DNA of 32,000 nucleotides from Candidatus Brocadia sp. (GCA_021650915.1 CP091279.1:3600001-3632000); one strand, 5' to 3'. Numbered from the stretch's first letter, positions 8,510 to 16,618 are shown. A program made the numbers and translations. Notes: generated by a model not told the origin, from the letters alone.

Positions 8510-8962
8510 TTATGCAGGCTGGTATTTGGCGTGTTTCTCGGTATATACGAGCGCCCCGGTTTTGCAGGCCTCTACGCATGCCATGGTCTCAAAATCCTTG
8601 CAATCGTCACAATTGAAGGCGAAATTGAGTTCGGTATCCTTCGTGATAGCCCCAAAAGGACATTGTGTCACGCACGCCCAGCACCCGACGCATTTCTTGG
8701 TGTCAATAACAACGTTCCCATCTTCATATTTCGTAATGGCTCCGTATTCACAGGAAGCCATACACTTGGGCTTTGCGCAGTTCTGGCATACGGTCATATG
8801 GGGTTTATCTTTTCTTGTCGATACTTGTAACCGGTAACGGGGCTTAGGGGTTTCTGCGAAGGCCTCGTAGATATTTTTGGATACCGAATGCCGCACGCCG
8901 CACTCTATCATGCACTGTTTACAGGTAACGCATTTATCTTTTACAAATTTCTTTTTTAGCAT
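8510..8962 (-). CDS. Polyferredoxin-type 4Fe-4S protein (CooF/HycB-like, about four Cys clusters)
   Basis: Four Cys groups are present: CVTCKQCMIEC, CQNCAKPKCMASC, CVGCWACVTQCP and CDDCKDFETMACVEAC. Confidence 0.75.
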   Translation of the reverse strand: MLKKKFVKDKCVTCKQCMIECGVRHSVSKNIYEAFAETPKPRYRLQVSTRKDKPHMTVCQNCAKPKCMASCEYGAITKYEDGNVVIDTKKCVGCWACVTQCPFGAITKDTELNFAFNCDDCKDFETMACVEACKTGALVYTEKHAKYQPA

Positions 8963-9052
8963 GTGTTGACACTCCTCAATCTTCGTATAAAAATTTCATA
9001 TTCAAATTTTATATGATAATGCATTAAGGCGCAATCAAAAAGATACGACCGA

Positions 9053-10591
9053 TCAAGATTCTTCAGCGGATGAAGCGGCGGCGTTCTCCAGAATGGCGCT
9101 TACGAGACCGGGGATGGTGTATTCATCTGCCTTAATGGCGATATGGAGTCCCATCTCTTCAGCGGTCTGTGTCGTAATTGGGCCGATACTGGCATACTGG
9201 ACGTGGCTATTCAACGCCAGCAGGTTTTCCTTTCCGATGATCTCAACAAAATTCCGCACCGTTGACGAGCTGGTAAACGTAACGATATCGACCTCCCCGT
9301 TCCTGAGTTTATCAACGAGATTCATATTCCTGGGTTGCGCCATGATGGTCTTATATGCCACCAAATCAGTTACTTTCCCGCCCAATTTTTGTAGCTCATC
9401 GGGTAGAAAACTTCGTGCAATATCCGCCCGCGGCAGCAGGAATCTTTCGCCCTTTATCGTTGTCACCTTCTTCAACTCTTCTACCACGGATTCTGCAACA
9501 AATTTGGGTGGTCTGCAATTGACCCGCAGGTAATACTTCTTGATGCCGTCCTCCGTCGCCGGACCAATGGCACAGACCTTGAGGCCTTTCAGGTCACGGA
9601 TATCCTTTCCCAGCTCAAACAATCGCTGGAAGAAGGCATCGACACCGTTGATGCTGGTAAAGACCAGCCAATCGTAAGACTGGATGCTGTTTATCGCCGC
9701 ATCCAGCGGTTGAATGGTGTCGGGTTTTGCAATCTCTATGGTGGGAAATTCAATGACCCGCGCGCCATATTCGCAGAGCTTATCGGCAAATTCACTGGCC
9801 TGCTCCCTTGAACGGGTAACAACGATCGTCTTTCCGAACAATGGCTTAGACTCAAACCAGTTGAGCTGATCACGGAGTTTTACCACTTCGCCGACGATCG
9901 TAATTGCCGGCGGTTTTATCTCTCTGGTTTTTTCTACGATCGTACTCAGCGTTCCTATTACCGTTTTTTGCTGGGTCGTGGTTCCCCACCGGATAACAGC
10001 AACGGGTGTGTCTTTGGAACGGCCGTGTTTCATGAGTTGTTCTGTGATGTAAGGGAGATTTTTAATTCCCATATAAAAGGCAAGGGTGCCGATGCCGGTG
10101 CTGATCTTTGACCAATCAATGGAACTTTCGTCTTTTGTCGGATCTTCGTGTCCGGTGATCAGCCCAAAGGTCGAAGTAAAGTCACGATGGGTAACCGGAA
10201 TACCGGCATAACTGGGGGTTGCAATGGCAGCGGTAATGCCAGGAACGACCTCAAAAGGGATGTGGTTTTCATAAAGCACGATGGCCTCCTCCCCGCCACG
10301 TCCAAAGATATAAGGGTCGCCTCCCTTTAGCCGGGTTACGATTTTATCTTCCATGGCTTTTTTTACAATCAGGTTATTAATATCATCCTGTTCCATGGTA
10401 TGTGCGCCTCCCTGCTTTCCGACATAAATAAATTCTGCATCCGGCTTAGCAACTTTGAGGAGGTCTGCATTTACCAAATAATCGTAAATAATGACATCGG
10501 CTTTTTTAATACATTCCAGGCCTTTTACGGTGATAAGACGTGGGTCACCCGGACCAGCACCCACAAGGTATACCAGGTTGCGCTTCATCAA
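9053..10591 (-). CDS. cobA-hemD: Bifunctional uroporphyrinogen-III C-methyltransferase / uroporphyrinogen-III synthase (CobA-HemD fusion)
   Basis: The N-terminus VYLVGAGPGDPRLITVKGLECIKKADVIIYDYLV...RLKGGDPYIFGRGGEE is the SUMT signature. The C-terminal roughly 250 aa (GKTIVVTRSREQA...FTSINGVDAFF...FTSSSTVRNF) is HemD-like. Confidence 0.9.
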   Translation of the reverse strand: MMKRNLVYLVGAGPGDPRLITVKGLECIKKADVIIYDYLVNADLLKVAKPDAEFIYVGKQGGAHTMEQDDINNLIVKKAMEDKIVTRLKGGDPYIFGRGGEEAIVLYENHIPFEVVPGITAAIATPSYAGIPVTHRDFTSTFGLITGHEDPTKDESSIDWSKISTGIGTLAFYMGIKNLPYITEQLMKHGRSKDTPVAVIRWGTTTQQKTVIGTLSTIVEKTREIKPPAITIVGEVVKLRDQLNWFESKPLFGKTIVVTRSREQASEFADKLCEYGARVIEFPTIEIAKPDTIQPLDAAINSIQSYDWLVFTSINGVDAFFQRLFELGKDIRDLKGLKVCAIGPATEDGIKKYYLRVNCRPPKFVAESVVEELKKVTTIKGERFLLPRADIARSFLPDELQKLGGKVTDLVAYKTIMAQPRNMNLVDKLRNGEVDIVTFTSSSTVRNFVEIIGKENLLALNSHVQYASIGPITTQTAEEMGLHIAIKADEYTIPGLVSAILENAAASSAEES

Positions 10592-10799
10592 AACAAAAAC
10601 CTTTCAAGTTTATAAGAAACGATATGGGATTTCATTTGTACGCAAATGAACACAAGGTGACAGCGCTACAATCGAAAGAACCTACTCCCGAATTCCACTC
10701 TTTAACAGGAAGGAAAGTGCGGAAAGGTAAAACAACTTATACAAAATAATATTGAAAAGTTCTGGATTAATCAACGGATTTGTTTGCAGATTTTTTGCG

Positions 10800-12719
10800 C
10801 TATGGTCTTTGTGAACGTCCTTGCTGATAGGCCAATTCGTCTTTTTTTGCCATAATTCGCTCCACGGCTTCAACTGCATTCTCCCGGACATCGGTATTTT
10901 TGTTCTTCACCAGTCCCTGGAGTGCAGCAAGTGCGTTTGGACTGCCAATTCTGCCCAGCGCCCATGCTGCAGAACTCACGACAGGGGGCTCTTTATCCTT
11001 CAATGCCCAGATGAGTGCCGTGACGGCGCTTTCATCGCCAATCCAACCAAGGGTTAGCGCGGTACGTTCTCGTGTTTCTTTGTGTATTTCATGCAATGAA
11101 CTTATCAGCGCCTTTACTGCGGGATGACCAATCTTTACCAGCGCCCATCCCGCCCTGCGTCTGGTACCTTCTTCTTTGTCGTTCAGGGCACTTATCAGCA
11201 GCGGAACAGCCCTTTGGCCTATTGCGGCTAATCCCCATGCAGCCTTTGTGCGCGCCCATGCCGCATCTTCTCCGGCGTCGGTAACCAGGATTTTAGCAAG
11301 GGCATTCATGGCGGAGTCGCTGCCGATCTTGCCCAGCGCTTCGACACAACCGCTTTTAACATGCCAGCTTTGTTCTTTTGCGAATACCTTCATGATTGGA
11401 AAAACTGAACCCCGGTCTCCGAGGGCCCCCAGAGTTCGGACAATGTCATACTCAACGTTCAGATCAGGTTCTTTTAATAAAACTTCGTGAAGCGCCGGAA
11501 CCGATTGTGCCGCGTTCAGTCTTTTCAGCGCGAGAACTGCTTCCCGCCTCACTGCCGTATTTATATCCTTCAGAAGGGGTTCTATGTTCGCGTACACACT
11601 GTCGTCACCGCAGAATCCGAGCGACCAGACGGCATGTTGTCGCACCTGCGGACTGCTGTCGCTGAGAAGCGTTACGAGGTGTGGTACCGTGCATCCCGGC
11701 GGCAACACCATTAACGCCATTGCAGCGGCCCGTGCCTTGTCATAATCTGCCCCCTCGATGGTTTTTATCAGGCCTTTTACTTGTTCCTGAAGGTGCGGGG
11801 CATGGTTGTCAGCGTCTTGCCGGGAACGGTTTGTTTCCCGGCCTTTTGGTCTCTTTTGGGCGCTTGTCTGGTTTGTGATGTTCAGAATATCCGTGGCAAC
11901 GCATGGATAATCAACCATGATGACGTCCACTCCTGCTTTGATCCGATTCTTTATAACCGTTCTGCTGTCATTTCCAAGGATGATCGAGAATGCATAGTTT
12001 TTTTCCTCATGGATAAGATCAATCTTTTCCTTTGTCGTTTCTTCTGCAGGCAAAAAAATCAGTTCTTTTCCTTCCGATTCTTCACCTGTCATGGTTACAT
12101 TTCTCATTGTTCCCCAGAAATATACCTGCGAAGACATTTCGCATTCCCCGACGACCTGCAGTACCTGCTCTTCCAAACAAGTCTGCCTTACATTCAGAAT
12201 CAGCTTGAGATCGTTTAATTTGCAAAACTTCAAGGCATCAGAGAGGAGAGGTACCCGTTCTTTCTGAAACTCACGGCTACGCCATGAACCAGCATCATAT
12301 TGTTGTATCTCAGCGTATACTAATTGATCGACACGCCCTTTTCCATCGGTCGTCCGGTCGATTGTTTCATCGCACATCAGGACAAGCTGATTGTCCTTGG
12401 TTTGTCTGATGTCAACGGCAATACCATCAATTCCCAACTCGGCAACCCGTCGTAATGCAGCAAAGGTATTTTCCGGGACGTCTTCAAGCACGCCGTGGTG
12501 CGCAAAGACCTCGACCTGTTTTGTGTCCGCGGCCAATGCGGAGTAATACGGAGGAAGCAGGAGGAATACCATAGCTGCGCAGAGTTGCAACCGCACCCCT
12601 CCAGGGCTCAGCGGAGTAAGCTTGGCCAAACAGAAAGGGAGAAGAAGAATGTTATAGAAAACGTGCATAAAAAAGAATTTTTTGTACAGGAATGTTCTCA
12701 TGATCAAAATATGACGCAT
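10800..12719 (-). CDS. Secreted glycerophosphodiester phosphodiesterase (GDPD) domain fused to about 9 HEAT (PBS-lyase type) repeats
   Basis: The N-terminus is hydrophobic. The GDPD block is VFAHHGVLEDVPENTFAALRRVAELGIDGIAVDIRQTKDNQLVLMCDETIDRTTDG. The C-terminal half carries repeated units ending in ALG.IG (for example VRQHAVWSLGFCGD, VEALGKIGS, AGWALVKIGH, AAWALGRIGS). Confidence 0.75.
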   Translation of the reverse strand: MRHILIMRTFLYKKFFFMHVFYNILLLPFCLAKLTPLSPGGVRLQLCAAMVFLLLPPYYSALAADTKQVEVFAHHGVLEDVPENTFAALRRVAELGIDGIAVDIRQTKDNQLVLMCDETIDRTTDGKGRVDQLVYAEIQQYDAGSWRSREFQKERVPLLSDALKFCKLNDLKLILNVRQTCLEEQVLQVVGECEMSSQVYFWGTMRNVTMTGEESEGKELIFLPAEETTKEKIDLIHEEKNYAFSIILGNDSRTVIKNRIKAGVDVIMVDYPCVATDILNITNQTSAQKRPKGRETNRSRQDADNHAPHLQEQVKGLIKTIEGADYDKARAAAMALMVLPPGCTVPHLVTLLSDSSPQVRQHAVWSLGFCGDDSVYANIEPLLKDINTAVRREAVLALKRLNAAQSVPALHEVLLKEPDLNVEYDIVRTLGALGDRGSVFPIMKVFAKEQSWHVKSGCVEALGKIGSDSAMNALAKILVTDAGEDAAWARTKAAWGLAAIGQRAVPLLISALNDKEEGTRRRAGWALVKIGHPAVKALISSLHEIHKETRERTALTLGWIGDESAVTALIWALKDKEPPVVSSAAWALGRIGSPNALAALQGLVKNKNTDVRENAVEAVERIMAKKDELAYQQGRSQRP

Positions 12720-12723
12720 ATCA

Positions 12724-14706
12724 CTATTTTTGCGAACGTATTGTTTCGTTGCTCATGATTTGCCAGTGTGGTCTGCCTTCCCAGGAAACCTGATTTTCTG
12801 CCATATTAAAATAGACCTTTTCCGAAAACGTCCGCGAACCGCCCTTTCGCAATTCCGCCTTTGGGTTGCCCGTCAACAAGGCGACATTCTGGATCAGGTC
12901 CCAGGTGAATAGCGATCCAAATCCCTCGCTGTTTTCCAGGCGTTTGCTGGAAAAATAGACGTTGCCGGTGGCAATAATCTTATGGATATTCTGATCGTTG
13001 CCGAGATAGGCATCAATCTGGTCTGCCTGTAATTTTTGCCCGCCTCGTGTAGCTTCTGCTTCTTCATAGAAGCTTACTTTCCTGAGCGTATCATAGTACA
13101 TCATTTTTTTTGCCCAAGTCACTTTTAGATCCGTCTCTTCAGCGCTCTGATTGGGAAGATTTCCTTCGCCTCGTTCATATAAACTCCCCTTGCCTTCACA
13201 CAATACCGTCTTCCCGTCTTCATAAAATAAAACCCTGGGAACGAGAATTTGTCGTCTATCCCCCTCTCTCAGCAGGGCAAAGGGTTGTCCTCTTAGGATG
13301 GTGACTTTATTTTTTGCATCCCACGTAGCCCGGTCTCCGACAGCCTCGCTGAAGAGGTCATCTCTTTTGTCGATGATGTGAATTTTGTCTGTTGCCTTGA
13401 ACGACTGTATAGTGAAATCGCCGCCGCTGAACTTCACATTCAGATTATCGCAGAGCAGGGTGGAATTTTCTTTCTGAACCTCAATATCCTTCTCAAAACT
13501 AGCCTCCCGCGTGTTGTCCAGGAAATTCATTTTCCCTTCCCATTTTACGCTAATCGTATTGTCGTCTGTGCCGGTTCCGGCGCCAGCCTTTTTTTTACCG
13601 GACTTTTCCTTAATCTTTGCTTTTAAATTGCCCGGACTTGGAATGTCTATTTTCCCGGTGTCTTTATAAAAAATTATTTTCTGTGCATCAATGTTGAGGT
13701 CATCTTTTGCAAATTCTGCCTTTTGTGTATCTTCCAGGATTGCGCTTTGGGTGTTAACATCCCAGGTCAGAAAACCTCCCTTGGCGATTTTTGTCCCCTG
13801 GGATGCGAGCACATTTCCGCTGGCAATGGCCTGCCTTGTTTGTTTTGTCTGAGGGTCGAGAAAAATAACGAGTTTATCGGAAAAAACGGTTGAACTCCCT
13901 TTTTGTATCTTCACATGGTCGTTGAAGGTCATGATGTTTGATTCGGATTGCCGGTCGAAAATGAGTTGGCCGCTGGAACGAATAACCGTTTTTTCGAATG
14001 GTGTTTTCTGTGTGCCGTTCTCGTCCGAAGAGGGGAGATGCGCTTCCTCCGGTTGTTCTGTTGGTGAGGTATCGTCCGTAGACAGGAAAAAGAGGTCGTT
14101 TTTAATGCCGTCCATTTCCATTTCCGCGTCTCTTTTAATCCACATCTTCTTGCTCACAAGGTCTATTTCACAGCCTTGCCCGACGATTTTTATCCCTTTC
14201 CCATGGATGGTAACGGGTTCATCCGTGCAAACGAACTCTTTTTCCGGTAAATACCGCAGATAGTCCGTATCAAGCCGGGTATCGGGGTCGAAATGAATGA
14301 CCACGTTATCCGAGAGAGAGCCTTCGTCTGAAATGCTGTTCATCTCTCCCGCCCTGGAGGTAATGAAAACAGACTGCGTTCCCTCCTCACTCTGGGAATA
14401 GTCCCTGACTTCAATTTCCGGGGTGACAATCTTGTAGACATTATCGTTGAGCAGGAAGGTATTCTCCCCGCGCATGATTACTACCTCTTTCCCCTGTTCG
14501 TCGTAACTCGGCATGGTTAGCCCCGCTACCGCCTGCGTTACGGTTTCTGTGCCGGCTCCGGGGATATTCTGCAATTGCCTGGAGGGAGAGGGATTTTGCT
14601 TCGCGCTCCGTGGTTCTTCTTTTGACTCGGATAGAATCAGCGATACGATAATAGAGAGCAGGCAGGCAACAGGGATACCGATGAGTACGTATCTTCGTTT
14701 GGTCAT
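12724..14706 (-). CDS. Membrane-anchored LptC-like domain followed by about three LptA/OstA-like beta-jellyroll repeats
   Basis: The protein starts with an N-terminal TM anchor. An LptC-like block follows (LTMPSYDEQGKEVVIMRGENTFL...LRYLPEKEFVCTDEPVTIHGKGIKIVGQGCEIDLVSKKMWI). Three segments then show the LptA pattern I.s..l.fD......F...V....G......DKL (for example IRSSGQLIFDRQSESNIMTFNDHVKIQKGSSTVFSDKLVIF). The gene ends 4 nt before the GDPD-HEAT start. Confidence 0.5.
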   Translation of the reverse strand: MTKRRYVLIGIPVACLLSIIVSLILSESKEEPRSAKQNPSPSRQLQNIPGAGTETVTQAVAGLTMPSYDEQGKEVVIMRGENTFLLNDNVYKIVTPEIEVRDYSQSEEGTQSVFITSRAGEMNSISDEGSLSDNVVIHFDPDTRLDTDYLRYLPEKEFVCTDEPVTIHGKGIKIVGQGCEIDLVSKKMWIKRDAEMEMDGIKNDLFFLSTDDTSPTEQPEEAHLPSSDENGTQKTPFEKTVIRSSGQLIFDRQSESNIMTFNDHVKIQKGSSTVFSDKLVIFLDPQTKQTRQAIASGNVLASQGTKIAKGGFLTWDVNTQSAILEDTQKAEFAKDDLNIDAQKIIFYKDTGKIDIPSPGNLKAKIKEKSGKKKAGAGTGTDDNTISVKWEGKMNFLDNTREASFEKDIEVQKENSTLLCDNLNVKFSGGDFTIQSFKATDKIHIIDKRDDLFSEAVGDRATWDAKNKVTILRGQPFALLREGDRRQILVPRVLFYEDGKTVLCEGKGSLYERGEGNLPNQSAEETDLKVTWAKKMMYYDTLRKVSFYEEAEATRGGQKLQADQIDAYLGNDQNIHKIIATGNVYFSSKRLENSEGFGSLFTWDLIQNVALLTGNPKAELRKGGSRTFSEKVYFNMAENQVSWEGRPHWQIMSNETIRSQK

Positions 14707-14731
14707 GATATTCTAAAAACAAGAATAGTTT

Positions 14732-14887
14732 TTACTTTAAAATTCTTTGCCATATAATCTGTTTTTTCTTTTCTTGCAGGCTTTCCCGAAGTTTCTCCTT
14801 CTTTTCGTCAAAATGAATTTCCCTGTGGTGGTTAGGACACAGGCAAGCAATATATTTAAGGTGTCTTCTCCCTCCCCATTTGCTCAT
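14732..14887 (-). pseudogene. HNH-nuclease C-terminal remnant (51 codons)
   Basis: The minus-strand translation is MSKWGGRRHLKYIACLCPNHHREIHFDEKKEKLRESLQEKKKQIIWQRILK. The motif LCPN.HR.IH is the distal half of an HNH motif, and the proximal half is absent. Confidence 0.4.
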
Positions 14888-14899
14888 GAAAATTCGTGT

Positions 14900-15073
14900 T
14901 TACTTGTAAATATCACCTCTCGGATCAATCTCATATCTAAACCTTCCTTCTAATTTTCCAGCAAGCTTTTTTATGTGAGAACCACGAAAAGGGTTATCCC
15001 TAATTTTTTCAACAGCGTTGTTTATTTTTTTAGTTATACGATCACCCAGCGTTTTATAGTACGTAGCTGCCTT
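14900..15073 (-). pseudogene. RelE/ParE-family toxin body, truncated and separated from its start codon by a repeat insertion
   Basis: The minus-strand translation is KAATYYKTLGDRITKKINNAVEKIRDNPFRGSHIKKLAGKLEGRFRYEIDPRGDIYK*, which fits the RelE/ParE pattern (...I..NP..G..LKG.L.G..R.R). The orphan start MSWDKIKRYV* sits at 15348..15316, on the other side of the repeat. Confidence 0.5.
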
Positions 15074-15305
15074 TTTATAGTATTACCGTATAAAATCTTT
15101 TTTCTTTTGCAAGTTTTTTCGCAACCTTATTTACCCCTTATCAGAAGGTACCGTTTATTTATAAGGGAAGGATTGCTTCGCTTCACTCGCAATGACAATG
15201 TACCGTATGTCATCAAAGACATAGCCAGTGTCATTGCGAGGGTCTTGTCCGAAGCAATCTCCCGCTTTCACAACGAGGACTTGGTTACGGCTATGCTGCG
15301 CTATG
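15064..15305. repeat. Copy A of a roughly 240-bp MITE-like composite repeat with an 89-bp nested inverted-repeat core (15171..15259)
   Basis: The core is gattgcttcgcttcactcgcaatgaca...tgtcattgcgagg...cgaagcaatc. The core and both flanks (tatagtattaccgtataaaa..., ...ggctatgctgcgctatg) align with the reverse complement of 26298..26530. Boundaries are approximate. Confidence 0.75.
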
Positions 15306-15329
15306 GAGTGTAATTTCAAACATACCGTT

Positions 15330-15655
15330 TTATTTTGTCCCACGACATAAATTCATTCCCTTTACCAGTTTTTTTGCTTTTTCTGTTGCTTTCAGTTGTT
15401 TGAGTAGTTCATCACTTGATAAAATATCGAGCGTCGCCTCCAAGTCCTCTTTCTTTTTAAGATAATCTAGTATACAGACATATTAATTACGAATTATACA
15501 TTGTGGACAATTATAGTTATATAGTGCTGCAAAACAGCATTTATATGTTTCGTTATTAATATGTCTGTACACTAGGAAATCCGCTGCAACTTTTATTTTA
15601 TCCTCAGACAGCTCATCTATAGTTTTTTAGCTCGATTTTTTAATGTAGGTTGCAT
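15330..15655 (-). pseudogene. Antitoxin gene of the relBE-like module, disrupted by a homopolymer frameshift and a MITE insertion
   Basis: The minus strand reads MQPTLKNRAKK(frameshift in an A6 run, plus-strand T6 at 15623-15628)TIDELSEDKIKVAADFL[insertion]DYLKKKEDLEATLDILSSDELLKQLKATEKAKKLVKGMNLCRGTK*. Its end overlaps the toxin ATG at 15348. Confidence 0.5.
15467..15575. mobile_element. 101-bp MITE with about 20-bp terminal inverted repeats, flanked by a CTAG direct duplication
   Basis: CTAG lies at 15467-15470 and 15572-15575. The TIRs are tatacagacatattaattac and gttattaatatgtctgtaca (18/20 complementary). Removing the element plus one CTAG restores the in-frame sequence GAT TTC CTA GAT TAT CTT (DFLDYL) of the antitoxin. 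Confidence 0.7.
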
Positions 15656-15740
15656 ATTTTTCAACCTCTCATCATCTTCTCTTTTTAGCAAGTTTTCTCA
15701 CGGCCCCTTGCCCCTTTCTCAAGGGGGATTTCCTCACGTA

Positions 15741-15762
15741 GGGGCGAACGGCCGTTTGCCCC
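15741..15762. repeat. 22-nt GC-rich near-perfect palindrome (REP-like)
   Basis: The sequence ggggcgaacggccgtttgcccc is self-complementary apart from one G.T pair. A second hairpin, cccctt-tctc-aagggg, lies at 15711..15726. Both are just downstream of kdsC. Confidence 0.5.
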
Positions 15763-15833
15763 CGCTCTATGGGGAATGCAGGCCTGCTGCATGTCTGACA
15801 TGCAATGAGGGTTAGTTTGAAATTCCGTAGCCT

Positions 15834-16358
15834 TTAGATAGCAGGTTTCTGATACCGTGCCATGATAACATCCCACTTACCCTGGAATTTGAGTATTTTT
15901 TCTGCAACCTCTCTTACTGCACCCTGCCCACCTCTCACTTTGGTAACATAGGCGGAATGCTGTTTGACAATTGGAGTGGCATTGGCAACTGCAACAGGAA
16001 ATCCAGCACAATAGAATAAAGGGAGGTCTATCAGGTCGTCGCCGACATAGCAGATTTCTTTGTCACTAAGGGTGTATTTTTCCCGTAGCTGTTTGTAGGC
16101 ATCTATTTTGTTCCTGGCCCCCTGGTAAACATCCTCGATACCCAATTCTTTTGCCCGATGAGTTACTGCAGCGCAATTTCTTCCGCTGATAATTGCGGTC
16201 TTAATGCCTGCCCGATGCAGGTACGAGATGCCGGTGCCGTCCAATACATTGAATGCCTTTGTTTCAATCCCCTGGGAATCAATATAAATGGCGCCGTCCG
16301 TTAAAACACCATCAACATCAATAATAACGAGCTTTATATTTTTTATCAAGTTAGACAC
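15834..16358 (-). CDS. kdsC: 3-deoxy-D-manno-octulosonate 8-phosphate phosphatase (HAD-IIIA)
   Basis: The translation IKLVIIDVDGVLTDGAIYIDSQGIETKAFNVLDGTGISYLHRAGIKTAIISGR...YVGDDLIDLP is a canonical KdsC sequence. Confidence 0.9.
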   Translation of the reverse strand: MSNLIKNIKLVIIDVDGVLTDGAIYIDSQGIETKAFNVLDGTGISYLHRAGIKTAIISGRNCAAVTHRAKELGIEDVYQGARNKIDAYKQLREKYTLSDKEICYVGDDLIDLPLFYCAGFPVAVANATPIVKQHSAYVTKVRGGQGAVREVAEKILKFQGKWDVIMARYQKPAI

Positions 16359-16497
16359 AGGGACGAACTTGTTTGTCGCTCGGCTGAGCGCTCACGACGA
16401 AGTCCATGTCACCCCAAAATCAGTCTGAATAAAATGAAAAATACCTATTCCATTAAATGAGGACTTCGGCGCCTCTTTACCCTATGGCAGCTTGCTC

Positions 16498-16524
16498 GTG
16501 GGGCGTATTGCAATACACCCCCAC
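16498..16524. repeat. GC-rich palindromic element in the kdsD-kdsC spacer
   Basis: The sequence gtggggcgtattgcaatacacccccac is a near-palindrome built around gtattgcaatac. An 8-bp inverted repeat cgaagtcc/ggacttcg lies nearby. Confidence 0.45.
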
Positions 16525-16618
16525 AATTGAATTTCCTTAAATTCTGGCGTCATTTCGGCAGATAAACGCTGGTATTTCAGACTTTAAATCGGTGTTCATC
16601 TGCGTTCAAAGAAAATTT

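Noticed and set aside
10821-12218. A series of 70-145 aa plus-strand ORFs antisense to the GDPD-HEAT gene
   Set aside because: Long antisense frames are expected opposite an Ala/Leu/Gly-rich HEAT-repeat coding region. The translations are Pro/Arg/Ser-rich with no motifs. The minus-strand gene explains the region fully.
15155-15343. A 62-aa minus-strand ORF (and the analogous ORFs 26161..26439 and 26217..26399) containing VIASEAKQS-like peptides
   Set aside because: These are translations of the inverted-repeat core of the 240-bp repeat family. Both strands and both copies give similar pseudo-peptides, so they are repeat artefacts and not genes.
15685-15876. A 63-aa ORF overlapping the kdsC 3' end (..RAGANGRSPLREEIPLEKGARG..)
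   Set aside because: It is composed of GC-rich palindromic elements (15711..15762) read through as protein. It overlaps kdsC and shows no coding features.
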